Assembly (NCBI GenBank): GCA_964443495.1
Contig: CAYUCS010000003.1
Coordinates: 68,031-132,030, forward strand
DNA length: 64,000 nt
Reading direction: 5' to 3'
Origin: an uncultured Gammaproteobacteria bacterium
Lineage (GTDB): Bacteria; Patescibacteriota; Patescibacteriia; Patescibacteriales; GWE2-39-37
This document shows, one piece after another, positions 1 to 9,013 of the stretch (within the stretch, counting starts at the first letter, position 1; each line of letters opens with the position of its first letter). Under the pieces are notes generated by a model. The model was not told where the DNA came from and made no database searches. It saw only the letters and a program-made list of their open reading frames with translations. The position numbers were made by a program, and so were the translations under genes.

Positions 1-588
1 GACATAGGAACGAATCAGGATATCTCTGGTCAGCTTGTCCATTGCCGCAACTGAAATCTTCATGGAAAGCAGCATCTGCTTGGCTCCGGTTTCATCTTTC
101 ATCGGCATGATTACGGCCCAGTATCTCTCTGGCTGCTTATCGAATCCGACCACATTTTCGATCGAGTTATTGTTGCCCGATGTCGTCAGGAAAGCCACGG
201 GCTTATTCTCGCGCCATGCCAAGATGTTCACCGTTTCTTTGGTTACGCGTCCTACAACGCCCTTGTTCAGGCTTGCCACAACCTTGAAATCCTCTCCGGC
301 AGGAGCCAGCAAGTCGGCAGCGACTATCTCGTCATTAAAAAGAGAGATGGCCTCCACCTTGTTTTGCAACTCTCCGAACTTATCAAGATAACCGATCAGC
401 CCGACGTTGATGACGTCGCCGATCGAAATTGCCTTGCCCTGCAAATCTTGATCTATTGCTTTTTGGAAAGAACGTGTAAATATCACCGTATTCAGTATGA
501 TCGCTACCGGGATAAAAACTATCAAGATGATCGAGTAGACAATCTGATAATTCTTTTTGATGAATTGGAATTTTTCCTTGGCCGGCAT
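1..588 (-). CDS. Membrane-anchored sensor-like protein, N-terminal part (gene continues beyond window start)
   Basis: My own translation of the minus strand from the ATG at 588-586 gives MPAKEKFQFIKKNYQIVYSIILIVFIPVAIILNTVIF... It stays open for 196 codons to position 1, so it has no stop in the window and is absent from the ORF track. It has one N-terminal TM helix followed by a soluble domain. It starts 5 nt after the stop of the upstream surface-protein gene. No catalytic domain is visible, so the function is a guess. Confidence 0.6.
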   Translation of the reverse strand, partial: MPAKEKFQFIKKNYQIVYSIILIVFIPVAIILNTVIFTRSFQKAIDQDLQGKAISIGDVINVGLIGYLDKFGELQNKVEAISLFNDEIVAADLLAPAGEDFKVVASLNKGVVGRVTKETVNILAWRENKPVAFLTTSGNNNSIENVVGFDKQPERYWAVIMPMKDETGAKQMLLSMKISVAAMDKLTRDILIRSYV

Positions 589-592
589 ATTA

Positions 593-3496
593 TTAATTCA
601 AAGAAGCTGTTTTTTTACTTCTGATATACAAGAAGAACAAGCCGGCAATGAAAAGTATCAATATGAAACCTGCCGATGCATACCACCACAACATGGTGTC
701 AGTCTGGTTATATACGTTAACATCCGCCTTAAGCAGGTCGTCCTGGCTTACAGCGCGAGCCTCGCTAACAAAGAATGAAAACGGGGCAGATTTGGTTTCA
801 ATCTTACCAGACTCATCGTTCAAAACGACATAAGCCTCATGCTTGCCATCAGTCAAGCTCTTATCCAAATCATATGACCAGTTGCCATTCTGATCCGTCT
901 TTACCGTGACAATGATGGGCAATGAGCTGTAGATGAAAAGGCTAAAAACCTGATCGGGCAATGCCTTTCCGGCCAACCTGACATTGCTGCTGCTGGCGGC
1001 ATTATTAATTTCGACTTTTTCAATCTTCAATGAGGTCGGGTCGGCCACGCCAAAGCTCTTAGGCTGCTCAAAAGTCGCCTTATTCAGCAATGCTTGCTCG
1101 GCTGGTTGCAGCTTTCCAGCTAACATGCCCGCACCCAATGGATTGTGCCCAGTTTTTACTTCGTCGCCATCATTGAAGCCGTCATTATCAGAATCAGCTT
1201 TGTCTATGCTAGTGCCTAAGCGTTTTTCAATGTCGTCAGAAAGGCCATCCGAGTCAGAGTCGATTGACAGCACTGCCCTGACACCGGATTCCGATGAATC
1301 ATTTTCCTTGACGACCGCCAAAACCGTTACGGCAACCTTGCTTTGGTTTTTTGCAAAAGGACTTACCGGAATAATCGCATTTTCCGAATCCGAATCAAGC
1401 TTGGCCATATCCAAACCGTCTTTGACCAAAATCTTCTGTTCGCTGGTCGTGGCAGCCTTGTTGTCATTGCCAATAAACTGAATGTTTTTGCCGACTAGCA
1501 CCTCGAGGGCCCTGCTGGCCATATCAAGCTGCTTTTGTGGAACCAGCTTATCGACAATCACATTGGCGAACAACTGGCCGCATTTCTCTTGTGTCATCTG
1601 TCGGCAAATCGAGGGCTCTCCGAATTTGGCGCGAATATGAGATATGCAGTCCTCCTTGCTTGCGATGTTTTCCTCGCGGCAAGATTGGACAGCTATGCGG
1701 GAAAAACGATAAAGCTCGCAGCGCTGGGCATCCGATATGCCAGCCTCTTGGCAATCAGCAGCCAAGCTTCTTGCCGGTGCTGCTGGCGCAGGCTTATCAA
1801 TAACCGTAACTTGGGCAGTTGAAGTGTTGCCCTGGTTCTCTGGAAGCTGGACAACCGGATTCTTTATGGGAGCTTGGATAGTTTGATAATTTGTCTTGAC
1901 TGGCAAGACCGGCTCTTGGATTGGCGAGGGCTTGGCTGGCTCGACCGGCTTAACTTCGGTAGGCATCGCGACCAAGTTTGTCGATGTTGCCTGCTGGGAG
2001 ACGGCGACTGGCCCCGGCTTAGTTACGGGCGATGTCGTGGCCGTCTTAACCGTGGTTGTTGCCATTGCTTCAGAACGAAGCTGGTTGGCAATATTAATTC
2101 TTAATGTAGAGTTGCTGAAAAATTTATTCGACTGAGTGTCGCGTCCGATGGCCAGAACGTTATAAGTTCCGTCAAGCAAACCATTAGTCACCCATTTATG
2201 CAGCCAATATCCGCGGATATTATCAAAGGTAGCCTGGCCGATAAGCTCCTGAATGCCTGGCTTTTCAAAATAAAAATCCACTTGCTTGATATTAGGAGAG
2301 GTCTTAGCAAAGAGTGACACCGTTCCCGAGGCAACGCCACCGATGGCGCCTGACCCGATATTGATCTGGGTGTCGACGACAGGGACAGAGGTCGTGGCAA
2401 CGACCTGAGTGGTGGTTGCCGGCTTTGGATCGTCCACCGTTGTCACAGGTGCAAGCTTTACGATTGTAATCGGGCCAGACAAAGCCTTCTCCCCATTCTT
2501 GCCAGCTTCTGCCCTGATCGTGTAAGTGCCAGGGTTATAATTTTGGGCATCCCAGATAAATGAATAATTATTATACGTTGAAACGCTAGAAAAAACACCG
2601 GGATACGACCTATGCACGCCGGAGCCGTCGATTATGAAATTAAGGAAATCAGCCACAACATTGGTCCTGGCCAATATTGGCCTTTGGCCCACCGTGCTTG
2701 TTGGCGCCTCCAGCATCCAGGCCTCAATAGACGGTTCGGTCGTGGTCGGCGTCTCTGCCACAGGAGTAGAGGTCGGAACGACAGGATCCTGTATCGGAGC
2801 ATTATACACTACTGACGACATCTCACTGCTAGCCACCGCCGCGTTGCTCTTCAGCGCTTTTGCGGCAATAAAATACTCGCCGTTCGCCAGCGCCGAAGTG
2901 TCAAACGATCGTGCATATACCCCTGGGGACTGAGGAGCGGCCGTGCCGAGCAGAGTGTAAGTCGGGACGGACTTAAGGCGATAGTAAAAGATGACGGAAA
3001 GCGATTGATCATTTGACCTTGCCGACAACAAAATCGTGCCGCCGATAGTTGCATTTGCGGCAGGGGAGGCAAAATCTAGAGTTACTGGCAAAGAGTCATC
3101 AGTTATTACGAACTGCTTCGAGGGGGTTTCGGCAATAGCGAGCAAAGCCGTGTCCAAGGCAACCGCCCTGACCGTATAAGCCCCAGCTCCAACGCTTGAG
3201 GCCTGGAGATAAGAAATGAAATTGAGAGCAGTTGAGGTGGCAAATAACTCGTGCACCTTTACGCTAGATGAGTCATAGACATCGAAGCGAATACGGTGGA
3301 CCGGGGCGCTTACTGAAACGCCAAAGGGAACGCGCCCCGAAACCTGGGCGCCGACATAAACATCTGAAAGCGAAGGCCTTACAACCACTTGTGCATGCGC
3401 ACCGCCAGGCAACAAAAAAACCGCCTGACAAAATATCATGACAGCGGTTACTATTTTTTTTGCCAACACGAAGTCGACAACACTATTCTTGCGCAT
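593..3496 (-). CDS. Large secreted/cell-surface protein with Ig-like segments, TSP3-like Ca-binding repeats and a C-terminal TM anchor
   Basis: The track ORF is 593..3544. I prefer the internal ATG at 3496 (MRKNSVVDFVLAKKIVTAVMIFCQAVFLLPGGAHA looks like a signal peptide). It contains Pro/Thr-rich linkers, a Cys-rich segment and thrombospondin-type-3-like repeats (DSDSDGLSDD..DSDNDGFNDGDEVKTGHNPLG). The C-terminus has a hydrophobic anchor plus basic tail (WWYASAGFILILFIAGLFFLYIRSKK). Confidence 0.8.
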   Translation of the reverse strand: MRKNSVVDFVLAKKIVTAVMIFCQAVFLLPGGAHAQVVVRPSLSDVYVGAQVSGRVPFGVSVSAPVHRIRFDVYDSSSVKVHELFATSTALNFISYLQASSVGAGAYTVRAVALDTALLAIAETPSKQFVITDDSLPVTLDFASPAANATIGGTILLSARSNDQSLSVIFYYRLKSVPTYTLLGTAAPQSPGVYARSFDTSALANGEYFIAAKALKSNAAVASSEMSSVVYNAPIQDPVVPTSTPVAETPTTTEPSIEAWMLEAPTSTVGQRPILARTNVVADFLNFIIDGSGVHRSYPGVFSSVSTYNNYSFIWDAQNYNPGTYTIRAEAGKNGEKALSGPITIVKLAPVTTVDDPKPATTTQVVATTSVPVVDTQINIGSGAIGGVASGTVSLFAKTSPNIKQVDFYFEKPGIQELIGQATFDNIRGYWLHKWVTNGLLDGTYNVLAIGRDTQSNKFFSNSTLRINIANQLRSEAMATTTVKTATTSPVTKPGPVAVSQQATSTNLVAMPTEVKPVEPAKPSPIQEPVLPVKTNYQTIQAPIKNPVVQLPENQGNTSTAQVTVIDKPAPAAPARSLAADCQEAGISDAQRCELYRFSRIAVQSCREENIASKEDCISHIRAKFGEPSICRQMTQEKCGQLFANVIVDKLVPQKQLDMASRALEVLVGKNIQFIGNDNKAATTSEQKILVKDGLDMAKLDSDSENAIIPVSPFAKNQSKVAVTVLAVVKENDSSESGVRAVLSIDSDSDGLSDDIEKRLGTSIDKADSDNDGFNDGDEVKTGHNPLGAGMLAGKLQPAEQALLNKATFEQPKSFGVADPTSLKIEKVEINNAASSSNVRLAGKALPDQVFSLFIYSSLPIIVTVKTDQNGNWSYDLDKSLTDGKHEAYVVLNDESGKIETKSAPFSFFVSEARAVSQDDLLKADVNVYNQTDTMLWWYASAGFILILFIAGLFFLYIRSKKTASLN

Positions 3497-3630
3497 GGGT
3501 TTATTTTTATGTTTGTTTTTTGTTTTATAATACCAGTATAGCACAAATTTTCGAAAAAATCAAGACCTTGTTTTTGCCAAAATTAGAGAAGTCTGTTAAA
3601 TTCATATTAATTAACCAATAATATTTTCAT

Positions 3631-4692
3631 ATGCCACTATCGATCGGAATCGTCGGCCTGCCAAACGTCGGCAAATCGACATTGTTTAATGCCCTGACTA
3701 AAAAGGTAGCTGAAGCTGCCAATTACCCATTCTGTACCATCGAGCCGAACGTCGGTTTGGTCAAGGTTCCGGATGAGCGTATGGCCAGAATGGTCGAAAT
3801 ATCCAAATCAGAAAATATCATTCCCACGATTATCGAATTTGTCGATATTGCCGGCATCGTTAAAGATGCGCACAAAGGAGAGGGGCTGGGCAATCAGTTT
3901 CTTTCGCATATCAGGGAATGCGATGCCATCTGCGAAGTTGTCCGCGGCTTCAAAGATGACAACATCATCCATGTCGCCAACCAAGTCGATCCGGACGCCG
4001 ACAAGGAAACCATCAATTTGGAGCTAATATTCGCCGACTTGTCGACGGTTGAAAAGCGTCTTGATCGGGTTTCGCGCGAAGCCAAAACCGGCAACAAAGA
4101 GCTGATGAAGCTGGCATCGGTGCTTACTAAGCTGAAAGACGCCTTTAACGAAGGACGTGCAGCCCGAGAAGTCGAGCTTAACGAAGAAGAGCGCCTGCTT
4201 ATTCGCGAATTGAACCTTTTGACAATGAAGCCCTTGTTATACGTACTGAACATAGCCGACGCCACCGAAGAAACCCTGCATGCTGACGGCGCGACGATCA
4301 TCAAGATCAATGCCCAGGTCGAAGCTGAAATAGCCTCGCTCCCAGAAGAGGAACAGCAAGACTACATGGAGGCCATGGGCTTAGCCGAAAGCGGTCTCGA
4401 CCGGCTCATCAAGGCATCCTATCAGTTGCTTGACCTTATAACTTTTTTTACCACCGGACCGATGGAAACCAGGGCCTGGACAGTAAAACAGGGCAGTCGG
4501 GCGCCGCAAGCCGCCGGTGTCATTCACACTGATTTTGAAAAAGGCTTTATCCGTGCAGAAGTCATTGCTTATGACGATTTCATCAAAGCGGGCGGCGAAA
4601 GCAAGGCCAGGGAACAGGGATTGCTACGCATCGAGGGGAAGGATTATGTCATCAAGGATGGCGACATCTGCCACTTCTTGTTCAATAGATAG
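3631..4692 (+). CDS. ychF: Ribosome-binding ATPase YchF (Obg-like GTPase family)
   Basis: N-terminal G1 motif IGIVGLPNVGKSTLFNALT, then NYPFCTIEPNVG. Length (353 aa) and the C-terminal TGS-like end (IKDGDICHFLFN) are typical of YchF. Confidence 0.95.
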   Translation: MPLSIGIVGLPNVGKSTLFNALTKKVAEAANYPFCTIEPNVGLVKVPDERMARMVEISKSENIIPTIIEFVDIAGIVKDAHKGEGLGNQFLSHIRECDAICEVVRGFKDDNIIHVANQVDPDADKETINLELIFADLSTVEKRLDRVSREAKTGNKELMKLASVLTKLKDAFNEGRAAREVELNEEERLLIRELNLLTMKPLLYVLNIADATEETLHADGATIIKINAQVEAEIASLPEEEQQDYMEAMGLAESGLDRLIKASYQLLDLITFFTTGPMETRAWTVKQGSRAPQAAGVIHTDFEKGFIRAEVIAYDDFIKAGGESKAREQGLLRIEGKDYVIKDGDICHFLFNR

Positions 4693-4730
4693 CTACGCCT
4701 TTACCGGTTTTGATAATAAGTCGATGATTT

Positions 4731-4763
4731 AAAAATAATCCGCGTATGCGGATTATTTTTTTT
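4731..4763. terminator. Bidirectional intrinsic terminator between convergent ychF and the methyltransferase gene
   Basis: AAAAATAATCCGC-gtat-GCGGATTATTTTTTTT: a perfect stem flanked by an A-run and a T-run. It overlaps the stop codon of the minus-strand gene. Confidence 0.7.
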
Positions 4764-5928
4764 CTAGAATCAATATCTCTCTCCAGACGCGCTGGTCAGA
4801 CCGGCCGTATAAAAGAGTCCGGCGTTCGGTCAGGCGGAGCTTGCTTAGTAGAAAGTCTGGCACCGGCTGGATAATTTTATACTTAGAGGCTATTTCCGTA
4901 TTCAACTTAACCGGCTCGTTCTTGCTCCAATAAACCGGCCAAAGCATTACGATTCTGCCCTCGGGCTTCAACACCTTGTAAAGCTCGGCTAGGCTTGCAC
5001 GATATAGCGCTTCCAGTTCTTTGACCGTACCCCTGATGTCGTTTAAATTTCTCTGAGGTCCCAAATATGGCTCCGTCACCACCGAATCAACGCTTCCTGC
5101 AGGCACAAACTGTGCAATTTCTGTCGCGCTGACATTAAAGAATTTGTATTCAGAATCCTTGCCAGACGTTTGCTTATTTAGCCACTCCAGGTTAGTTTTG
5201 GTGTCCGCTACGGCTTTTGGAGAGATGTCAGAGCCGATCAGCTTCTTAATGCCAAATAAAGACGCCTCAGACAAAACTGTGCCCGAACCGCAAAATGGGT
5301 CCAAGATAACATTTTTTTCTGAAACATTAGCTAAATTTAACATTATTTGAGCCAGTTTCGGCGGCAGCATGCCCGAATGGTCGTCGCGAGCTGGCCGTCC
5401 ATAATCACGCCGCGACAACTCCTTAAACGCCTGTACTGCCAAAGTCCGGCCAACCGAATAGCCCTCATTGGCTTTAAAAAATACAATCTCTTCGCCCTTG
5501 GCCAGCAGGTCGTTCTGCTCCACGACCACGCTCGACAGCACCGAATCCTGGCTGGTTACCCAGCGGCAAGGAATGTTTTGTTCTTTGAGGAACTTTTTAT
5601 ACTCCATGGCCACAGGCTTCAGGTGCAACTTGCCTGAGTAATCGGAAAAACCGAAATTGTGACGCGTGCCGGAATTTTTGAAATTTTCCTTCAGTACAGA
5701 CAAAAATTGTCCAGGCTTAGCACTTTTTTCGATTACCACACCTATTTTGATCGTGCCCCCCAGCCTGCGAATCAGTTTCTCCGGGTCCATTGGCAAATCG
5801 CCCTCATACAAAAGCAGGGACTGTTCAGGGTGCGCTGTGAGATTATTTTTGCTTACATTAGGCAATAGCATGGCCAATTCAGCGGCTGAAATGGCTGGAT
5901 TGCTACCCAAGACGAAATAATATTGCAT
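4753..5928 (-). CDS. Putative RNA (guanine-N2) methyltransferase, UPF0020/Trm11-RlmL-like
   Basis: SAM-binding motif I (ILDPFCGSGTVLSEA) and a DPPY-like motif IV variant (VTEPYLGP), preceded by a ~190-aa N-terminal domain as in THUMP-type RNA methylases. Confidence 0.7.
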   Translation of the reverse strand: MQYYFVLGSNPAISAAELAMLLPNVSKNNLTAHPEQSLLLYEGDLPMDPEKLIRRLGGTIKIGVVIEKSAKPGQFLSVLKENFKNSGTRHNFGFSDYSGKLHLKPVAMEYKKFLKEQNIPCRWVTSQDSVLSSVVVEQNDLLAKGEEIVFFKANEGYSVGRTLAVQAFKELSRRDYGRPARDDHSGMLPPKLAQIMLNLANVSEKNVILDPFCGSGTVLSEASLFGIKKLIGSDISPKAVADTKTNLEWLNKQTSGKDSEYKFFNVSATEIAQFVPAGSVDSVVTEPYLGPQRNLNDIRGTVKELEALYRASLAELYKVLKPEGRIVMLWPVYWSKNEPVKLNTEIASKYKIIQPVPDFLLSKLRLTERRTLLYGRSDQRVWREILILEKK

Positions 5929-5963
5929 AAATTCTTATCAACTCTACCACATTACACCAGCAC

Positions 5964-5992
5964 TTGCAATTTTCAATCATTCGTGTTAGGAT
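5964..5992 (+). promoter_or_regulatory. Candidate sigma-70-type promoter of the rpsF-ssb-rpsR operon
   Basis: TTGCAA (5964-5969), 17-nt spacer, TAGGAT (5987-5992). Sequence match only. Confidence 0.4.
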
Positions 5993-5999
5993 ATTTTTA

Positions 6000-6133
6000 C
6001 AATTTAATACTAATAAACCTTTCCCATTCGCTTTAAGCGAAACGATCCCTGGCTTTAAGACCAGGGAAAAGGTATTCTCATCCACCATCCCGGCTAGATT
6101 AGAATGCCTGGGATTTTTTAATTTTAAAGAGCT
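6000..6133 (+). promoter_or_regulatory. Structured rpsF 5-prime leader (candidate ribosomal-protein autoregulatory leader/attenuator)
   Basis: Two hairpins present near-identical loops: TTCGC-TTTAA-GCGAA (6027-6041) and CCCTGG-CTTTAAGA-CCAGGG (6047-6066). They are followed by ATCCCGG...CCTGGGAT plus a T5 run (6087-6119). That last hairpin competes with GGTATTCT...AGAATGCC (6071-6108). Confidence 0.35.
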
Positions 6134-6607
6134 ATGGCAAAAAACAAATCTGCCGACACTCCGCATTACGAGCTCTTGTACATTATCGCTAATAAATTTA
6201 GCGAAAATGAACTGGAGCCGATAATCGGCAAGGTCACCAAGCTGATCGAAGAGGGTCAGGGCAAAATCACCCACACCGAAGATTGGGGGAAAAAGAAAAT
6301 GGCCTACCAGATTGCAGGCTATTCCCACGGTTATTACCGCCTGGTCGAATTCGACCTTGAGGCCGCCAATCTGGCACGTATCGAAAGAAATCTGCGCATG
6401 ATGCCGGAAGTAATCAGGCATCAAATCGTCCGCAAAGCTCCTTTCGATCCATCCCAGGTCAAGCCAGCCCCAGTGAGGCCGGCGGTTGAAAAAGCTGAGC
6501 CAGCAGTAGCGAAAACAGTTGAAAAACCTAAAGCTAAAGACAAGGCCGACCTCAAAGATCTCGACGAGAAGCTCGACAAGATCCTTGAGACCAATGACCT
6601 GCTCTAG
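6134..6607 (+). CDS. rpsF: 30S ribosomal protein bS6 with a Lys/Glu/Pro-rich C-terminal extension
   Basis: YELLYII..., WGKKKMAYQI and YYRLVEF motifs; sits in the rpsF-ssb-rpsR arrangement. Confidence 0.9.
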   Translation: MAKNKSADTPHYELLYIIANKFSENELEPIIGKVTKLIEEGQGKITHTEDWGKKKMAYQIAGYSHGYYRLVEFDLEAANLARIERNLRMMPEVIRHQIVRKAPFDPSQVKPAPVRPAVEKAEPAVAKTVEKPKAKDKADLKDLDEKLDKILETNDLL

Positions 6608-6637
6608 TCTTTAACAAACATTTAATCGATAACTTCT

Positions 6638-7099
6638 ATGAACCTTAATAAAGCCATGGTTATCGGCAACCTGACCCGCGATCCGGAAGTGCGCAACACG
6701 CCGAGCGGACAGATGGTTGCCAGCTTCTCAGTTGCGACCAGCCAAGTCTGGAACGACCAATCCGGGCAAAAGCAGGAAAAGGTCGAATACCACAACATCG
6801 TGGTTTGGCGCCGCTTAGCCGAGATTTGCAGCCAGTACCTGCGCAAAGGCTCAAAGGTCTATGTCGAGGGAAGGCTTCAGACCAGGGAATGGACCGGCCA
6901 AGACGGTATCAAGCGCTATCGCACTGAGATTATCGGCGAGAACATGATCATGCTGGATCGGGCCGGCGCCGGGAACAACTCGGCTGGCAACAGCTTCCCG
7001 AGTTATTCTGAGCAGCATTCTGCGCCTTCCGAGCCGGTAATCGACGTGAATTCCGGGGCTGACGAGGAAGAGATTAAGGTTGAAAATATCCCATTTTAA
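6638..7099 (+). CDS. ssb: Single-stranded DNA-binding protein
   Basis: OB-fold N-terminus MNLNKAMVIGNLTRDPEVRNTPSG..., a Gly/Ser-rich linker and an acidic C-terminal tip ending ...EEEIKVENIPF. Confidence 0.95.
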   Translation: MNLNKAMVIGNLTRDPEVRNTPSGQMVASFSVATSQVWNDQSGQKQEKVEYHNIVVWRRLAEICSQYLRKGSKVYVEGRLQTREWTGQDGIKRYRTEIIGENMIMLDRAGAGNNSAGNSFPSYSEQHSAPSEPVIDVNSGADEEEIKVENIPF

Positions 7100-7110
7100 G
7101 CACCAAATTT

Positions 7111-7338
7111 ATGGAAACAACCATCAAGCAAGAAAAGCAGTGCCACTTCTGCGTAAACAACATCCAGGAGATTGACTACAAGGACGGACACACTCTGCGT
7201 CGCTTTGTCGGATCCTACATGAAGATCCTCTCCAGCAAGCGCACCGGCACCTGTGCCAAGCATCAGCGCAAGCTAGCAACAGCTATCAAGCGTGCCCGCA
7301 TCATGGCCCTGATGCCATTCGTTAACCAACCAAAATAA
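7111..7338 (+). CDS. rpsR: 30S ribosomal protein bS18
   Basis: CHFC...IDYKD...LRRFV...KILSSKRTGTCAKHQRKLATAIKRARIMALMPF; 75 aa. Confidence 0.95.
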   Translation: METTIKQEKQCHFCVNNIQEIDYKDGHTLRRFVGSYMKILSSKRTGTCAKHQRKLATAIKRARIMALMPFVNQPK

Positions 7339-7350
7339 ACGATAAAGACT

Positions 7351-7908
7351 ATGTACGGAATCAGTGAAATCAAGATTGGCAAATTGATCCAGATCGCCGA
7401 TGAGCCTTACGTCGTCATCAAAGCCGACCACCACAAAATGGGACGCGGCGGTGCCGTACTGAAGACCAAGCTGCGAAATCTGATCAATGGCAACGTTTTG
7501 GAAAAGACCTATCAAGGCAATGACAAAGCCGAGCCGGCTATCACTGAAAAGGGCAAGGCCAACTTCCTTTACAAGGACGAAGCCAACGCCTACTTCATGA
7601 ATAACGACACCTTTGAACAATTTGAGCTCCCACTGGAACAATTGGGCGATCGGATCAAATTCATGAAAGACAACACCGATGTCGATGTCCTGTATTTCAA
7701 AGGAAGCGCCGTGTCGATCGACCTGCCGATCAAGATGACCTTCAAAGTCATCAGCGCTCCTCCTGGCGTCAAGGGCAATTCGGCCGGCAACGTCAACAAG
7801 ACCGTGACTATCGAAACCGGGGAAGAAATCAGCGTGCCGATGTTCATCAATGAAGGCGACGAAATTCGCATCAACACCGATACTGGCGAATATGCTGAAA
7901 GGGCTTAA
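7351..7908 (+). CDS. efp: Translation elongation factor P (Arg at loop-tip position 32)
   Basis: IKIGKLIQIADEPYVVIKADHHKMGRGGAVLKTKLRNL...; 185 aa with three-domain EF-P length. The loop-tip residue is R32 (codon CGC at 7444-7446). Confidence 0.95.
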   Translation: MYGISEIKIGKLIQIADEPYVVIKADHHKMGRGGAVLKTKLRNLINGNVLEKTYQGNDKAEPAITEKGKANFLYKDEANAYFMNNDTFEQFELPLEQLGDRIKFMKDNTDVDVLYFKGSAVSIDLPIKMTFKVISAPPGVKGNSAGNVNKTVTIETGEEISVPMFINEGDEIRINTDTGEYAERA

Positions 7909-7920
7909 TAACCCGACAAT

Positions 7921-7955
7921 AAAAAAACAGGCCGTCATCGACGGCCTGTTTTTTT
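7921..7955. terminator. Bidirectional intrinsic terminator between convergent efp and recA
   Basis: AAAAAAACAGGCCGTC-atc-GACGGCCTGTTTTTTT. Confidence 0.8.
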
Positions 7956-7957
7956 AT

Positions 7958-9004
7958 TTACACTTCTTCGCTTTGTTTCTTTTTCAGCTCCACTTCTTCC
8001 AAAATCTTCTTCCTGATCTGCGATTGGAGTTTTGCGTCAGCCTTCAAGAAGCGCTTGGCATTTTCGCGCCCGACGCCGAGCTTGACCTCGTCAAACGAAT
8101 AGCTGTTGCCGTTCTTCTTGATGATCCCGTACTCAACGCCGATGTCCAGCAAATCACCAGCGATCGAGATGCCCTCATTGTACATGATATCGAACTCGCA
8201 GGTTCGGAAAGGCGCGGCAACCTTGTTCTTGACGATATTTACCTTGACCCGATTGCCGATAATTTTCTCATTCTGCTTGATCTGGGCGGCGCGCCTGACT
8301 TCGATGCGGACCGAGCTGTAAAACTTCAGAGCCGTGCCGCCGGTAGTGGTTTCGGGGTTGCCGAAGAAAACACCGATTTTCATACGGGTCTGATTGATGA
8401 AGATTACCAATGTCTTGCTTTTGGAAACGATGCCAGTCAGCTTGCGCAGGGCTTGGCTCATCAGTCTCGCCTGGAGCCCCATATGCGAATCCCCCATATC
8501 GCCCTCGATTTCCTTCTGGGGAACAAGGGCGGCCACACTGTCCACTACGACAACGTCGATCGCATTGGATCTAACCAGCGTTTCGACGATCTCGAGGGCC
8601 TGCTCGCCGGTGTCCGGCTGGGAGATGAGCATTTCCTTGACGTTAACGCCGATCTTGGCGGCATAGTCGGGGTCGAGAGCGTGTTCAGCATCGACAAATG
8701 CTACGACGCCGCCGCGCTTCTGCGATTCAGCGATAATATGCTGCGCCAAGGTCGTCTTGCCGCTGGCCTCCGGACCGAAAACCTCGATTATCCTGCCGCG
8801 CGGTACGCCGCCCACGCCCAAAGCGATGTCCAAAGAAAGGCACCCTGTCGGAATCGCATCGACCTTGGTTGATTTAGCTTCACCCAAACGCATGATCGAA
8901 CCATCGCCGAAACGGCTCTTGATCTGCTCCAGTGCCGCTTCAACAATCTTGCTTTTCTCGTCCTCAGCCTTGACCGGCTGTTTTGTCTTCTTTTCTTCTG
9001 CCAT
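7958..9004 (-). CDS. recA: Recombinase RecA
   Basis: Walker [23 protein letters not shown] and IVVDSVAAL motifs; 348 aa. Confidence 0.97.
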   Translation of the reverse strand: MAEEKKTKQPVKAEDEKSKIVEAALEQIKSRFGDGSIMRLGEAKSTKVDAIPTGCLSLDIALGVGGVPRGRIIEVFGPEASGKTTLAQHIIAESQKRGGVVAFVDAEHALDPDYAAKIGVNVKEMLISQPDTGEQALEIVETLVRSNAIDVVVVDSVAALVPQKEIEGDMGDSHMGLQARLMSQALRKLTGIVSKSKTLVIFINQTRMKIGVFFGNPETTTGGTALKFYSSVRIEVRRAAQIKQNEKIIGNRVKVNIVKNKVAAPFRTCEFDIMYNEGISIAGDLLDIGVEYGIIKKNGNSYSFDEVKLGVGRENAKRFLKADAKLQSQIRKKILEEVELKKKQSEEV

Positions 9005-9013
9005 AAATATGGT

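Noticed and set aside
35-833. Plus-strand track ORFs (118, 86, 73, 61 aa) at the left edge.
   Set aside because: The minus strand carries a 196-codon open frame with a convincing start, a TM helix and operon spacing (1-588), plus the end of the surface-protein gene. The plus-strand ORFs are Ser/Leu-rich mirror frames.
2669-2682. GGCCAATATTGGCC palindrome, sharing CCAATATT with the recA-proximal inverted repeat.
   Set aside because: It lies inside the surface-protein coding region and has a different architecture (no spacer). It is most likely coincidental.
5903-6424. 173-aa minus-strand ORF overlapping the rpsF promoter, leader and 5-prime half.
   Set aside because: It overlaps a bona fide bS6 gene and its leader, and I see no motifs.
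7273-7938. 221-aa minus-strand ORF covering efp.
   Set aside because: It is antisense to a full-length EF-P and runs through the efp/recA terminator hairpin. I recognise no domain.
7850-8872. 340-aa plus-strand ORF, which could look like a novel gene overlapping recA.
   Set aside because: It is entirely antisense to an unambiguous recA. Its sequence is low-complexity and Asp/Leu/Gly/Ala-rich, typical of the mirror frame of a highly expressed gene. It has no start context or motifs.
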